Source: Macrostomum lignano (Eukaryota). From it: DNA of 64,000 bases. The stretch lies in NCBI GenBank assembly GCA_002269645.1, contig NIVC01001837.1, forward strand, positions 168,311 through 232,310, given 5' to 3'. The notes beneath the pieces are model-generated. The model ran no database searches, was not told the DNA's origin, and saw only the letters and a program-made list of their open reading frames with translations. The position numbers and the translations under genes were made by a program. This document shows, piece after piece, positions 1 to 12,804 of the stretch. The first letter of the stretch is position 1. Each line of letters starts with the position of its first letter.

Positions 1-308
1 CAGAGACGAGAGAGAGGAGAGGAAACAGAAGAGAAGATCGAAGTTTCTAAGGATCCAAGGGACATAAGGAGAGGCAGAGGCCAGAGTTTGCCTGTTCGCA
101 GCACCCCAGCCAACAATATAAATGTTTGCCTCAAATCCTAATTTTTCACGAATGTACTCTATTTTATGTTTAATTCTAACCTAACTATTAACAAGTTTTT
201 GTTTGAGTTTGACCCCAGATTTTAGAATACGACATACAAGTACATGCAAAAATAGTTCCAGGGATTGAAATTCCCCGGGTTCAAAATCCGCGGGTTTCAA
301 CAGCTTGT

Positions 309-333
309 CTTCTCTACCTATAAAAATCAAAAC

Positions 334-366
<33 letters not shown>

Positions 367-2365
367 GGACAAATTACTTCGCTATGGACTCCCAAACCGC
401 TCAACCAAATGACACCAAACTTTACACCCACCCTAAACTTACTACGGAGAATGTCTTAGGCTACCTTTAAATTTCCTAGACTCAAGTCTTCCTACCTAAA
501 AGTACAAAAAACTGCTCAAAATGCGCGATTTTTTCACTTAATCCTCCATAGCGCCGCTCCACTTCTACCGATTCTCTTCAAATTTGACACAGATAATCTT
601 TAACTATTTTGGCACAATCATGTAAAATTTTGAGTCTCAAAGTTAATCCTGAGCGGTGCTGTGCACTTTTAAAGTTAGGCTGTTTTTTTCAGCGTAGCAA
701 CCACCCCAACCTCCGCCCGCCTGCCTCTCTTTCCCGATCCCGATCTGGGCCCAGATGTGTAAAATGGGTTTCAAAATTGACTAACTTTCAGCTGCCATAA
801 GTTTGCTCCACGTGAAGCGATTGACTTTAAGCTTCACACAATTCTTCATTGACTCATTCTCTGTCTAAATGTAGAGTTACAACTCTCTAACTCTTTCAGA
901 AAAGAAACTGTAAGCGTGTGAAGTTTGTCTGCTTTTTCTGTTGTTTGTGCCACTCACTCACTCATTCCCCCAGAGCCAGACGAAGGATCAGGCGATAGGA
1001 CTGAATGTACATAGCAAATGTACAGTGTTTTGGAATAACTTTTTTATAGCCTTCTCGCACCCCGAGAGTGGAGAGGCTAGGTTTAGCCATAACAGTTTAA
1101 TTAGTGAGAAATTCTAATCACTGCCCTCCCCTCCTCTGTATTGGCAAACTCTGCAGCAGTTTAACAGTGGATGGCAATTGGCAGATCGAGGGAATCCAGC
1201 AAAAAAGCGAAAGCGAAAAGCGGTTTGTAAAAGCGAAAGATTTATGAAAAGGCGATGCGATGCAATGCAATACAACCCTACTAAATTAGGCACACCCATG
1301 GAAATTTTAGGTTTCTTTTAAAGGTAGTGTGTAAATTTTAAATGGCCTCCTAAGAAATGCGTATTTCCTTGGTTGTTAGACTGATGCAGACTGCAGTGGA
1401 GCTGAAAATACAAAAATTCCTTTCAGGGCTGCAAATTGGCAAGAAAGATGACGTGATCAAAGCATGAGAACAACGATGAGAGTAGTACGTCCCACAAACT
1501 GGCTTTCGAAGCAGGGATCGGCAGACTTTTACTTCAAAAGCCAGAAAAAGAATCCAGCTTATGTGCGGGCCAGATGAGAGTGGAAAGGAGAAGGAATAGA
1601 CTATTTAGAAGAGAGGAGAGGCGAGAGGGGGATAAAGAAAACATGGAAGATAAGAGGGGAGACAAGTGGTGAGGAGAGAGCAGAGAAGAAGGGAGGAAGA
1701 AGCGAGAGGAGGGGAGAAAGGAGGGAGAGGAAAGAGTAAATGTGAGAAGAGAGGAGAGATGAGACAGAGGATCGATGAGAGGAGAATAGAGAAGAGTGAG
1801 AAGAGAGTAGAGATGAGTAAATGTGAGAAGAGGGTAGAGATGAGACAGAGGATCGATGAGAGGAGAATAGAGAAGAGTGAGAAGAGAGAAGATATGAGAG
1901 AGCAGAAAGAAGATGACAGAGGGTCAAGAGGAGAGGAGAGATTAGAGAGGAGAGAGTAGAAAGGATAGAGAAGAAATGAGATAAGAGGGGGAGAGAGGAG
2001 TGAGAAGAGAAGAGATAGAGATAAGAGAGGGGTGTAAGAAGAGGGGAGAAAGGAGAGATGAGATTGTAGAGATGAGACAGATTAAAGGAGAGATGAGAGA
2101 GTAAAGATGAGAGATGAAAAAGGTGAGAGGAGAGTGCAGAGAGACGAGAGCAGACAAGAGAGGGAGACAGTATAGAAGAGGGAAGAGAAGAGAAGAGGAG
2201 AGGAGAAAGGAGAAAGGAAAGAGAGGAGTCAGAAGAGGTGAAAGAGAAGAGTACAGAGGAGATAAGTGAGAGAACGTATAAGAGAGTAAAGATGACAGAT
2301 GAGAGAGAAGAGATGAGGGTGAACAGACGAGAGACGGGAGAGGAGAGATAAGAGAGAGAGAGAGG

Positions 2366-2404
<39 letters not shown>

Positions 2405-3327
2405 GAGCAGAGAGAAACGAGAAGAGATAAGAGAGAAAAGATAAAAGAAGAGAAAGGAGAGATGAAAGAGCAGACGAGAGAGAAGAGAGGTGAGGGAAAA
2501 GACGAGCGACGAGGGGAGAGAGAAGAGATAAAACAAGAAAAGAGATAAAAGGAAAGAGAGAGAGGAAAGAGGTGAGGGAAGAGACGAGAGAAGAGGGGAG
2601 AGATGAGAGAGAGAGGAAAGAGGAGAGAGGAGAGATGAGAGAGTAAAGGAGAGAGTTAAGAGATGAGAAAAAAGAATAGAGAGGAGAAGGAAGAGACGAG
2701 AGAAGAGGGGGAGAGAGGAGAGAGGAGAGGAGAGAGAAAAGAAGAGGGAAGAGATAAGATAAGAGATATGAAAGAGAAGAAAGATGAGGGAGGATACGAA
2801 AGAAGATGGGAGAGAGGAGAGAGGAGAGGAGAGGAGAGAGAAAACAAAAGAGTTGAGAGGAGAGAGGAGAGCAGAGAGAAAACGAAAAGTAGAAAGGAGA
2901 GAGGAGAGGAGAGAGAAAAGAATAGGGAAGAGATGAGGGAAGATACGAGAGAAGAGAGGAGAGAAGAGAGAGGAAAGAGTAGAGACGAGGGATGAGAGAG
3001 AAGAAAGGAAACAGAAGAGACGATAGAAATTTTAAAGGATCCAAGGGACATAGGGAGAGTCAGGGAGAGGCCAGAGTTTGCCAATACATGTTTTAGAGTC
3101 AGACAGACATTGCCTGACATTCTGCGGAGTACCCCCAGCCAACAATATCAATGTTTGCCTCAAACCCTAATTTTACACGAATGTGCTCCATTTTATGTCC
3201 ACCTCTATCTTACTAACTATTAACAAGTTTTTGTTTGTGTATTGCCTTAGATTTCAGAATACATGCAAAAGTAGTTCCAGGGATTGGAATTCCCCGGGTT
3301 CAAAATCCGCGGGTTTCAACAGCTTGT
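309..3327 (+). mobile_element. Putative non-autonomous Helitron-like element containing a GA-rich tract
   Basis: Starts TCTCTACCTATAAAAATCAAAAC followed by a (TCTG)7 microsatellite and AAACCGCTCAACCAAAT, as in small rolling-circle elements. Ends in a GC hairpin (CCCCGGG...CCGCGGG) followed by CAGCTTG|T. The same ~300-bp 3' end also occurs at 1-308. Confidence 0.45.
1600..3010. repeat. GA-rich polypurine low-complexity tract
   Basis: Almost pure A/G sequence; source of spurious E/R-rich and L/S-rich ORFs. Confidence 0.95.
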
Positions 3328-3355
3328 GTATTAATATATGCTGGGCATACATGCA

Positions 3356-3505
3356 CAACCTTGGGAATCACTTGGCCATTTCTATTGGCAACACACACAT
3401 GTAAGTCGCTATTGGCTGAGAGCAGTCATGTGACTACTATTCCATTCAATAGTGACTTACATGTGTGTGTTGCCAATAGAAATGGCCAGGTGAATCCCTA
3501 GGTTG
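3356..3505. mobile_element. Short foldback/MITE-like inverted repeat
   Basis: ~59-bp arms 3356-3414 and 3447-3505 (TGGCCATTTCTATTGGCAACACACACATGTAAGTC and its reverse complement), few mismatches, 32-bp spacer. Confidence 0.75.
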
Positions 3506-4570
3506 CACCCAAGCATGATGCTGGGTATGGTAAGGGAAAAAGTATAGGACACCACACATACATGCGCAACCTCCAAAATTTGGTCGGCAGTGCGACTTAG
3601 TTTTAACAAAAATGCGACGTAGTTTTTGGCCAAAAATGCGACTTACATGAAAAAAACCTGAAAGCAAAATTAACGCAACTTTGGGTAAACGGCAGGAGTA
3701 ACTATCACTGTCTTTATTAAGGCAAAATGCTTCGTCAGCTACTTAATACTACTTTGGTATTTATTTGGGTGGGCATTTTTGCAACTTACCTTGGTTGGCC
3801 GCCAAATCAGTCGTCCATATCGGCCAACTATTGTGCATGTATGGTTTTGACTCTTGTCATTCCTAATCGTATTTGTACCCCATGTGGCACTAGAACAGTA
3901 CACTTGACACGGAGTGTTTTAGGCATGATTGTACAGTGTAAGGTTGCAAAAGTGGGGAGTGGCAGAGATACATATGTATATATAGCTGTATGAGTATGAT
4001 GGCATAAGCTAAGGCTAAGTCAATGCATGCAGCGATAAAAGCAGTCTGTAAAGCCAAATAGTGAAAGTTAACCTTAACTTATAGCACCTTGGCAGCCTAT
4101 GCTGTCTGCCTGCATCTGATACGAGCATATAACTAAACTACCAAGGCAATTGGTTGTATTTACACTTACTTTTTGTACATCAATTGGTAAAGGTAAGGGC
4201 TTTTAAATGTTTTATTTTAAATGTGTCACCACATTTGTATGCTAGGATTAAAAAAATGTTTTCAACTTTGTATGCCAAAGTTGTAGGCTTTTTTCATTCT
4301 TGAATGTATTATTCATGCAGAATAACAAACTTAAAAATTATGCACTTTTGCAATGTGCACTGAGAAAAGACAATTATAAAATAAGTATTTATTGAGAAAT
4401 ATTTGCTAAATATTAGCAAGTGCCCTACACTATTCTATGTTGTTAACAATGCTTGGCATTAGACCACTAAGGTGGATAAACTCTTCATTAAGAAAGAAAT
4501 GCTGCCTGCCTATTTATACAGTGACAGTAGATCTTAGCTAAGAGGTCTATTGGTATAGTCAGTGGTTCCA

Positions 4571-5190
4571 TAAGAATTGCCCATAGACAAATTGCCCATC
4601 AAGATTTGCCCACCAAGCTTTTCTTAGCAAGATTTGCCTGCAGTGCATTTTCCCATGAGCAAATTGCCTGCAAGTGAATTGCCCATCAAGTTTTTTCCAG
4701 CCAAGGTTTGCCTGCAAATGTTTTTCCTGCAGTGCATTTAGCCACATGGCAGATTTTGTCTGCATTGCCCTCTAGCACTTAGTAAGTTTTAATAAAGAGA
4801 TTTACCTTATCAAACATTTTGATAATAACTGCATATAAAATTTGTATTTTTCTTGTAGTTATTTAGTTCTATATACATGCAGGGGTAAATCAATGAGCTA
4901 CTAATTCACGCATATGCCATCTTGCTTTGTCCCCAAATGTCTTTATTAAGACTTAATGCTGTATTATAAGCATTGGGGATGGGGGCAATGTGGACAGAAT
5001 CTAGTTGCCACATGGCTAAATGTGCTGGCATAGGAAAAAACATTTGTAGGCAAACCTTGGTGGGAAAACTTGGTGGGCAGTTTGCTTGCTGGCAATTCTT
5101 TTATGGGCAAATCTCTATAGGCAATTCACTTATAGGCAAAATGCATTGTGGGCAAATCTTGGCAAGCAATTTGTTTGCAGGCAAATCTTA
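4571..5190. mobile_element. Foldback element with ~200-bp diverged inverted arms
   Basis: 4571-4770 is the reverse complement of about 4983-5190 (e.g. TTTAGCCACATGGC/GCCACATGGCTAAA, GGTTTGCCTGCAAATG/CATTTGTAGGCAAACC). Arms are built from TTGCCC sub-repeats around an AT-rich spacer. Confidence 0.7.
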
Positions 5191-5559
5191 ATTTTTAAAA
5201 AGAATTTTATTTTTTCTGCAAAACAGTAACTTGGATCCCTTTGTGATTAAGGCAGCTATGTGCATTGGAACACAAAATTTCAAGGTTAGAATGAATAATC
5301 CTATTGTATGTTTTTTCTATAAGAGTTTCCTATAGGAATTTTTCCTATAGCCTAAAAATATAAAGCCTTTAGAAACATTGATGTGGTAACCAGCTTTAGT
5401 AGCATTTATATTCTACAGCAATTAAAAAGACTTACTGGTTAGCCATGTTGAATTTGGTTTCAATGGTGTTATATTATTGTATGCAAATTGTAATAATGGC
5501 AATAATTACAGTTACAATAACAAATTACAATATTATAACATCTATCTTTGCCACAACAG

Positions 5560-8500
5560 AATAGTTACGGCTGTCTACTCGCTTATGACCTTCGCTGCTG
5601 GGCTTATCAGTGTCCTGTGCCTGCGCAACAATGATCTTGTTAGGGATCGGTAAGAGCTGCTGTGCTTGCAAACTGTTAACCTTCACTTTTGCGTGTATGA
5701 TTTGAGTCACCTAAAGATTAGGGTAGATGTGGCAGCCCAAACCTGAGGGTTAGGGTAGGTGTGGCAGCCTAAACCTGAGGATTAGGGTATGGGTGTGGCA
5801 GCCCAAACCTGAGGATTAGGGTAGGTGTGGCAGCCCAAACCTGAGGATTAGGGTAGATGTGGCAGCCCAAACCTGAGGGTTAGGGTAGGTGTGGCAGCCC
5901 AAACCTGAGGATTAGGGTAGGTGTGGCAGCCCAAACCTGAGGATTAGGGTATAGGTGTGGCAGCCTAAACCTGAGAATTAGGGTAGGTGTGGCAGCCCAA
6001 ACCTGAGGATTAGGGTATAGGTGTGGCAGCCCAAACCTGAGGATTAGGGTAAGGTGTGGCAGCCTAAACCTTAGGGTATAGGTGTGGCAGCCCAAACCTG
6101 AGGGTTAGGGTAGGTGTGGCAGCCTAAACCTGAGGATTAGGGTAGGTGTGGCAGCCCAAACCTGAGGATTAGGGTATAGGTGTGGCAGCCCAAACCTGAG
6201 GATTAGGGTATAGGTGTGACAACTAAACCTGAGGATTAGGGTATAGGTGTGGCAGCCCAAACCTGAGGATTAGGGTAGGTGTGGCAGCCTAAACCTTAGG
6301 GTATAGGTGTGGCAGCCCAAACCTGAGGGTTAGGGTAGGTGTGGCAGCCCAAACCTGAGAATTAGGGTATAGGTGTGGCAGCCCAAACCTGAGGATTAGG
6401 GTATAGGTGTGGCAGCCCAAACCTGAGGATTAGGGTATAGGTGTGGCAGCTCAAACCTGAGGATTAGGGGTGCCTACTAAGTTAAAAGGTATAAAAAAGC
6501 AAAAAGTAAGTCCCCCTCCCCATTCGCAGGTTCTGGCTGGTGTCATTCTGGGTGTGCTTCGGGTTCGGCTATTACGCCTACGACTCGGTGATGAAGCCCT
6601 ACTGCTTCGGGATGGATTCCAACGAGCGCGGGGGGCTGCGTGTGCTGCGGAGTTATTCGAAGAACCAGCCAATGATGCTGACTCACCACCTGCTTATCAT
6701 GCTGGTTTATTATCCAACCCTTTTGGTGAGCTAGCTGGCTTTGTAGACTTTCACTGAGCTTTGGAAATATCTTGTTTTAACTTTTATTTGCAAATCCATT
6801 GTCTGCAATGTGTCCGTCCCGTTTGGTTTAACAGTCCCTGGTCGATTTCAGTCAGTAGTCCAGGGGTGTCGCCATAGATTTAATGACAAAGCCAAGAATT
6901 CAACATGTACATGTACAAGACTAAATTTTGGTACTCATTTTAGCGCCGAAGGCACTCATTTTAGCATCGCAGGCACTCATTTCAGCATCGCAGGCACTCA
7001 TTTTAGCACCGCAGGCACTCATTTTAGCACCGCAGGCACTCATTTTAGCATCGCAGGCACTCATTTTAGCATCGCAGGCACTCATTTCAGCATCGCAGGC
7101 ACTCATTTCAGCATCGGAGGCACTCATTTTAGCACCGCAGGCACTCATTTTAGCACCGCAGGCACTCATTTTAGCATCGCAGGCACTCATTTCAGCATCG
7201 CAGACACTCATTTCAGCACCGCAGGCACTCATTTTAGCGCCACAGGCACTCATTTTAGCGCCACAGGCACTCATTTTAGCGCCACAGGCACTCATTTTAG
7301 CGCCGCAGACAGTCATTTGGGCGCCGAAGGCGCTATAATTTGGCGCCCTGTAGAAAAATTACTGATTACCACAAGGTGGGGTGGGGGACAAAGCATTGGC
7401 ATGTCCCCCCAGAGCTTTTAATGGGGGGGGAGGCATGTCCCCCCTGTCCCCCCGGTGGCGACGCGCCTGCAGTAGTCCCTAGTCGAGCTTAGTCAGTAGT
7501 CCCTGGTCGAGCTCAGTCAGTATTCCCTTGGCCGACCTCAGTCAGTAGTCCCTGGTCAAGCTCAGTCAGTAGTCCCTGGTCGAACTTAGTCGAACGAGCT
7601 AATACCCTCGTCCCTAACCCATATCCGCAGTGGTTCCGCAACGGCAAATGCGACTTCCTTGTTGGCTGCTTCTTTCTAGCTGAACTGACTGTGCCCTTCA
7701 TTCAGATCCGGCACATCATGTACAGGGTGAGCAGCGCTGCTCCGGTTGTTTAATTTAAAATATTTTATTATCTGGCCTAGAAACCTTGGTAGTGCTAAGG
7801 TAGGAAACTTATATTTCGTATCTGTCATTGCTTCATGGATCTGTGCGCGTAACTGTTTAGGAAAAAAGAAGATTGTGGCTTGTCGAGATTTGCCCGCGAG
7901 GGTGTTCCTGGTTAAAGAGCGTCAGCTACAGAGGGAGGCGCCAGCTGCAGTGGGGGCGCCAGCTACAGAGGTGGCGCCAGCTACAGAGGGGGCGCCAGCT
8001 ACAGAGGTGGCGCCAGCTACAGAGGTGGCGCCAGCTACAGAGGGGGCGCCAGCTACAGAGAGGGCGCCAGCTACAGAGGGGGCGCCAGCTACAGAGGTGG
8101 CGCCAGCTACAGAGGGGGCGCCAGCTACAGAGAGGGCGCCAGATACAGAGGGGGCGCCAGCTACAGAGGGGGCGCCAGCTGCAGTGGAGGCATCAGCTAC
8201 AGAGGGGGCGCCAGCTACAGAGAGGGCGCCAGCTACTGAGGGGGCGCCAGCTACTGAGGGGGCGCCAGCTACAGAGGAGGCGCCAGCTACAGAGGGGGCG
8301 CCAGATACAGAGAGGGCGCCAGATACAAAGGGGCGCCAGCTACAGAGGGGCTCTTGCGGGGGCTATTTAATTCAAGCATTATATATGTAAAGCTGAATTA
8401 GCATGCTGTATTGACTCTGTCTAAAGCAATGACCAATAGGATGAGTCACCTCTCCCCACCCGCAGCTCGGCATGACCAGCCTGCCGCAGTACCTGTGGAA

Positions 8501-8729
8501 CGGTGTTGTCATGGTGATAACCTTCTTCCTGTCGCGCATAGTGGTGCTGTTCTATATTTATTACGCGTACGCCCAGTACAGAGGCGTGCCGGTTGTCCGG
8601 GTGTTTGGCCTGCTGCCGCTGCGCTGCAATATCGGCATGCTGGCTCTGATCTCCATGCAGCTCTACTGGTTCGGCCTCATGCTCAAGAAGTTCGCCAAGT
8701 ACGTCTACTCAAATGGCAAAGAAGAATGA
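5560..8729 (+). CDS. TLCD3: TLC-domain protein, FAM57/TLCD3-like (5' exon not located)
   Basis: Phase-consistent GT-AG exons 5560-5649, 6530-6725, 7631-7726, 8466-8729. Translation contains FWLVSFWVCFGFGYYAYD, MLTHH, CDFLVGCFFLAELTVPF, SRIVVLFY and QLYWF, matching the FAM57 TLC pattern (YMIYD, THH, GDFFVGCIFTAELSTPF, CRILLFP, QIYWF). Confidence 0.85.
5712..6468. repeat. 32/34-bp intronic minisatellite with one TTAGGG per unit
   Basis: Unit GATTAGGGTA(TA)GGTGTGGCAGCCCAAACCTGAG, about 23 copies, inside the intron 5650-6529. Confidence 0.95.
6861..7469. mobile_element. hAT-type MITE with internal 21-bp minisatellite
   Basis: TIRs CAGGGGTGTCGCCA / TGGCGACGCGCCTG (12/14 match); 8-bp TSD CAGTAGTC at 6853-6860 and 7470-7477; internal array GGCACTCATTTTAGCACCGCA about 6930-7320. 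Confidence 0.85.
7470..7585. repeat. 24-bp tandem repeat interrupted by the MITE
   Basis: Unit CAGTAGTCCCTGGTCGAGCTCAGT, about 4-5 copies, plus one copy left of the MITE at about 6832-6860. Confidence 0.85.
7922..8348. repeat. 18-bp GC-rich intronic minisatellite
   Basis: Unit GCCAGCTACAGAGGGGGC, about 23 copies, in the intron 7727-8465. Confidence 0.95.
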
Positions 8730-8967
8730 TGACTAGGATTATAACTGTTGATCTGTTGTTGTTTCTCATTTCTGACTAATTGAGGTTGGTTTGTACTTTT
8801 GTGGACGATATTTTTATCGCTTAGTCTTGCTTCTACGGCGCTTGGAGATTTGCAGTTGGAATTTTCAAATTGATCCATTTATGTTTCAATGTCCGTCACA
8901 TTGGTTTCAGAGTTGATGGCACATTGATGTTAGACTTGATGCCACATTTATGTCAGAGTTTATAGCT

Positions 8968-11900
8968 CATTGATAAAAGCATTGACACATTGATATAAGA
9001 ATTGACACATTGATTAAAGCATTGACACATTGATAAAAGCATTGACGCATTGATAAAAGCATTGACACCCTGATATAAGAATTTGACACATTGATATAAG
9101 AATTGACACACTGATATAAGAATTGACACATTGATATAAGAATTGACACACTGATATAAGAATTTACACATTGATATAAGAATTGACACACTGATATAAG
9201 AATTTACACATTGATATAAGAATTTACACACTGATATAAGAATTTACACATTGATATAAGAATTTACACACTGATATAAGAATTGGCACATTGATATAAG
9301 AATTGACATATTGATATAAGAATTTACACACTGATATAAGAATTTACACATTGATATAAGAATTGACACACTGATATAAGAATTTGACACATTGATATAA
9401 GAATTTACACACTGATATAAGAATTGACACATTGATATAAAAATTGACACACTGATATAAGAATTTGACACATTGATATAAGAATTTACACACTGATATA
9501 AGAATTGGCACATTGATATAAGAATTGACACATTGATATAAGAATTTACACACTGATATAAGAATTTGACACATTGATATAAGAATTTACACACTGATAT
9601 AAGAATTGACACATTGATATAAAAATTTACACACTGATATAAGAATTGACACATTGATATAAGAATTTACACACTGATATAAGAATTGGCACATTGATAT
9701 AAGAATTGACATATTGATATAAGAATTGACACATTGATATAAGAATTTACACACTGATATAAGAATTGACACATTGATATAAGAATTTACACACTGATAT
9801 AAGAATTTACACATTGATATAAGAATTTGACACATTGATATAAGAATTTACACACTGATATAAGAATTGACACATTGATATAAGAATTTACACACTGATA
9901 TAAGAATTTACACATTGATATAAGAATTTACACATTGATATAAGAATTTACACACTGATATAAGAATTGACACATTGATATAAGAATTGACACATTGATA
10001 TAAGAATTTACACACTGATATAAGAATTTACACACTGATATAAGAATTGACACATTGATATAAGAATTGACACATTGATATAAGAATTGACATATTGATA
10101 TAAGAATTTACACACTGATATAAGAATTGACATATTGATATAAGAATTTACACACTGATATAAGAATTGACACATTGATATAAGAATTTACACACTGATA
10201 TAAGAATTGACACATTGATATAAGAATTTACACACTGATATAAGAATTGACACATTGATATAAGAATTGACACATTGATATAAGAATTTACACACTGATA
10301 TAAGAATTTACACACTGATATAAGAATTGACACATTGATATAAGAATTGACACATTGATATAAGAATTGACACATTGATATAAGAATTGACACATTGATA
10401 TAAGAATTGACACACTGATATAAGAATTGGCACATTGATATAAGAATTGACATATTGATATAAGAATTTACACACTGATATAAGAATTTACACATTGATA
10501 TAAGAATTGACACACTGATATAAGAATTTGACACATTGATATAAGAATTTACACACTGATATAAGAATTGACACATTGATATAAGAATTGACACACTGAT
10601 ATAAGAATTTGACACATTGATATAAGAATTTACACACTGATATAAGAATTGACACATTGATATAAGAATTGACACACTGATATAAGAATTTGACACATTG
10701 ATATAAGAATTTACACACTGATATAAGAATTGACACATTGATATAAGAATTTACACACTGATATAAGAATTGGCACATTGATATAAGAATTGACATATTG
10801 ATATAAGAATTTACACATTGATATAAGAATTTACACACTGATATAAGAATTGACACATTGATATAAGAATTGACACACTGATATAAGAATTTGACACATT
10901 GATATAAGAATTTACACACTGATATAAGAATTGACACATTGATATAAGAATTGACACACTGATATAAGAATTTGACACATTGATATAAGAATTTACACAC
11001 TGATATAAGAATTGACACATTGATATAAGAATTTACACACTGATATAAGAATTGGCACATTGATATAAGAATTGACATATTGATATAAGAATTGACACAT
11101 TGATATAAGAATTGACACACTGATATAAGAATTTACACACTGATATAAGAATTGACACATTGATATAAGAATTTACACACTGATATAAGAATTGACACAT
11201 TGATATAAGAATTTACACACTGATATAAGAATTGACACATTGATATAAGAATTTACACACTGATATAAGAATTGGCACATTGATATAAGAATTGACATAT
11301 TGATATAAGAATTGACACATTGATATAAGAATTGACACACTGATATAAGAATTTACACACTGATATAAGAATTGGCACATTGATATAAGAATTGACATAT
11401 TGATATAAGAATTTACACATTGATATAAGAATTTACACACTGATATAAGAATTGACACATTGATATAAGAATTGACACACTGATATAAGAATTTGACACA
11501 TTGATATAAGAATTTACACACTGATATAAGAATTGACACATTGATATAAGAATTGACACACTGATATAAGAATTTGACACATTGATATAAGAATTGGCAC
11601 ATTGATATAAGAATTGACACATTGATATAAGAATTTACACACTGATATAAGAATTGGCACATTGATATAAGAATTGACATATTGATATAAGAATTGACAC
11701 ATTGATATAAGAATTGACACACTGATATAAGAATTTACACACTGATATAAGAATTTGACACATTGATATAAGAATTTACACACTGATATAAGAATTGACA
11801 CATTGATATAAGAATTGACACACTGATATAAGAATTGACACATTGATATAAGAATTTACACACTGATATAAGAATTGGCACATTGATATAAGAATTGACA

Positions 11901-12167
11901 TATTGATATAAGAATTGACACATTGATATAAGAATTGACACACTGATATAAGAATTTACACACTGATATAAGAATTGACACATTGATATAAGAATTGACA
12001 CACTGATATAATAATTGACACATTGATATAAGAATTGACACATTGATATAAGAATTGACACATTGATATAAGAATTGACACATTGATATAAGAATTGACA
12101 CACTGATATAAGAATTGACACATTGATATAAGAATTGACACATTGATATAAAAATTGACACATTGAT
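8968..12167. repeat. 3.2-kb AT-rich 20/21-bp satellite array
   Basis: Unit TGATATAAGAATT(T/G)ACACA(C/T), about 160 copies; source of all MCQFLYQCV ORFs. Confidence 0.97.
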
Positions 12168-12434
12168 ATTCATATCTGCTCCGTCTCCTAAGGACCGTAT
12201 TCGATCGCTGTATTTTTGCTACACATTGCCAGCAATTTCTTTGATTCTCTTTAAGCGGCTGATCCCCGTCTCTTGCAAGCTCGGGTCTCAAACAATATTT
12301 TACACTAAAAGTAAAAATTTTACAACAATTTTCCTCGAATTCCTCCTGCGCCGCAACAGTTTTAAATTATGAACTATACTTATCAAGCTTTTGTCGTCTG
12401 TTTATAATCTGTTTATTGTGCTATGTACCTTTAT

Positions 12435-12804
12435 ACAACAACAACAACAACAAAATACGCTGTCATGATGGTAAAAGTCAGCGTCACAGGGCGCGCTTCA
12501 TGGCTTGGGCGCGAACAAAGGCCGCGCCACCGGCAGTGTCCGGGGCGCCGGCGTCAGCCAGCAGACAGTCGACATAACGCCGAGTTCGCGCTTGACCTCG
12601 CCGGTAGGGTGCCTGCAGCGTGAGCAGCAGCACCTCCTGCACCGGCTGTGGGCAGTACGACTCGGCGCGGATGAGATGGCCTGCGAGCTGGAGTCGCCGA
12701 CGGCGCAGTAGATCACTTGGACGTGGCAGGCCAGCGCGGCGATAGAGTGCCGCGTTGGTGACTCGCTCGACGCCGATGTTGAAGGCGGCGCGCAGCAGAC
12801 CAGC
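12435..12804 (-). mobile_element. 5'-truncated RTE-like non-LTR retrotransposon (3' end only)
   Basis: Minus strand reads ...LLRAAFNIGVERVTNAALYRRAGLPRPSDLLRRRRLQLAGHLIR...RRGQARTRRYVD...* (stop 12484-12486), an RTE-type C-terminus. (TTG)n tail; 10-bp TSD GTACCTTTAT at 12425-12434 and 12805-12814. Confidence 0.85.

Noticed and set aside
1601-3120. Long L/S-rich and E/R-rich ORFs
   Set aside because: Translations of a polypurine tract; no domain and no splice context.
3727-3993. Hydrophobic ORF as the missing TLCD3 exon 1
   Set aside because: No convincing phase-2 donor and no recognisable similarity.
7746-8390. Mucin-like APATEG ORF
   Set aside because: 18-bp minisatellite lying between two well-supported TLCD3 exons.
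8953-12291. Cluster of MCQFLYQCV ORFs
   Set aside because: Satellite translations.
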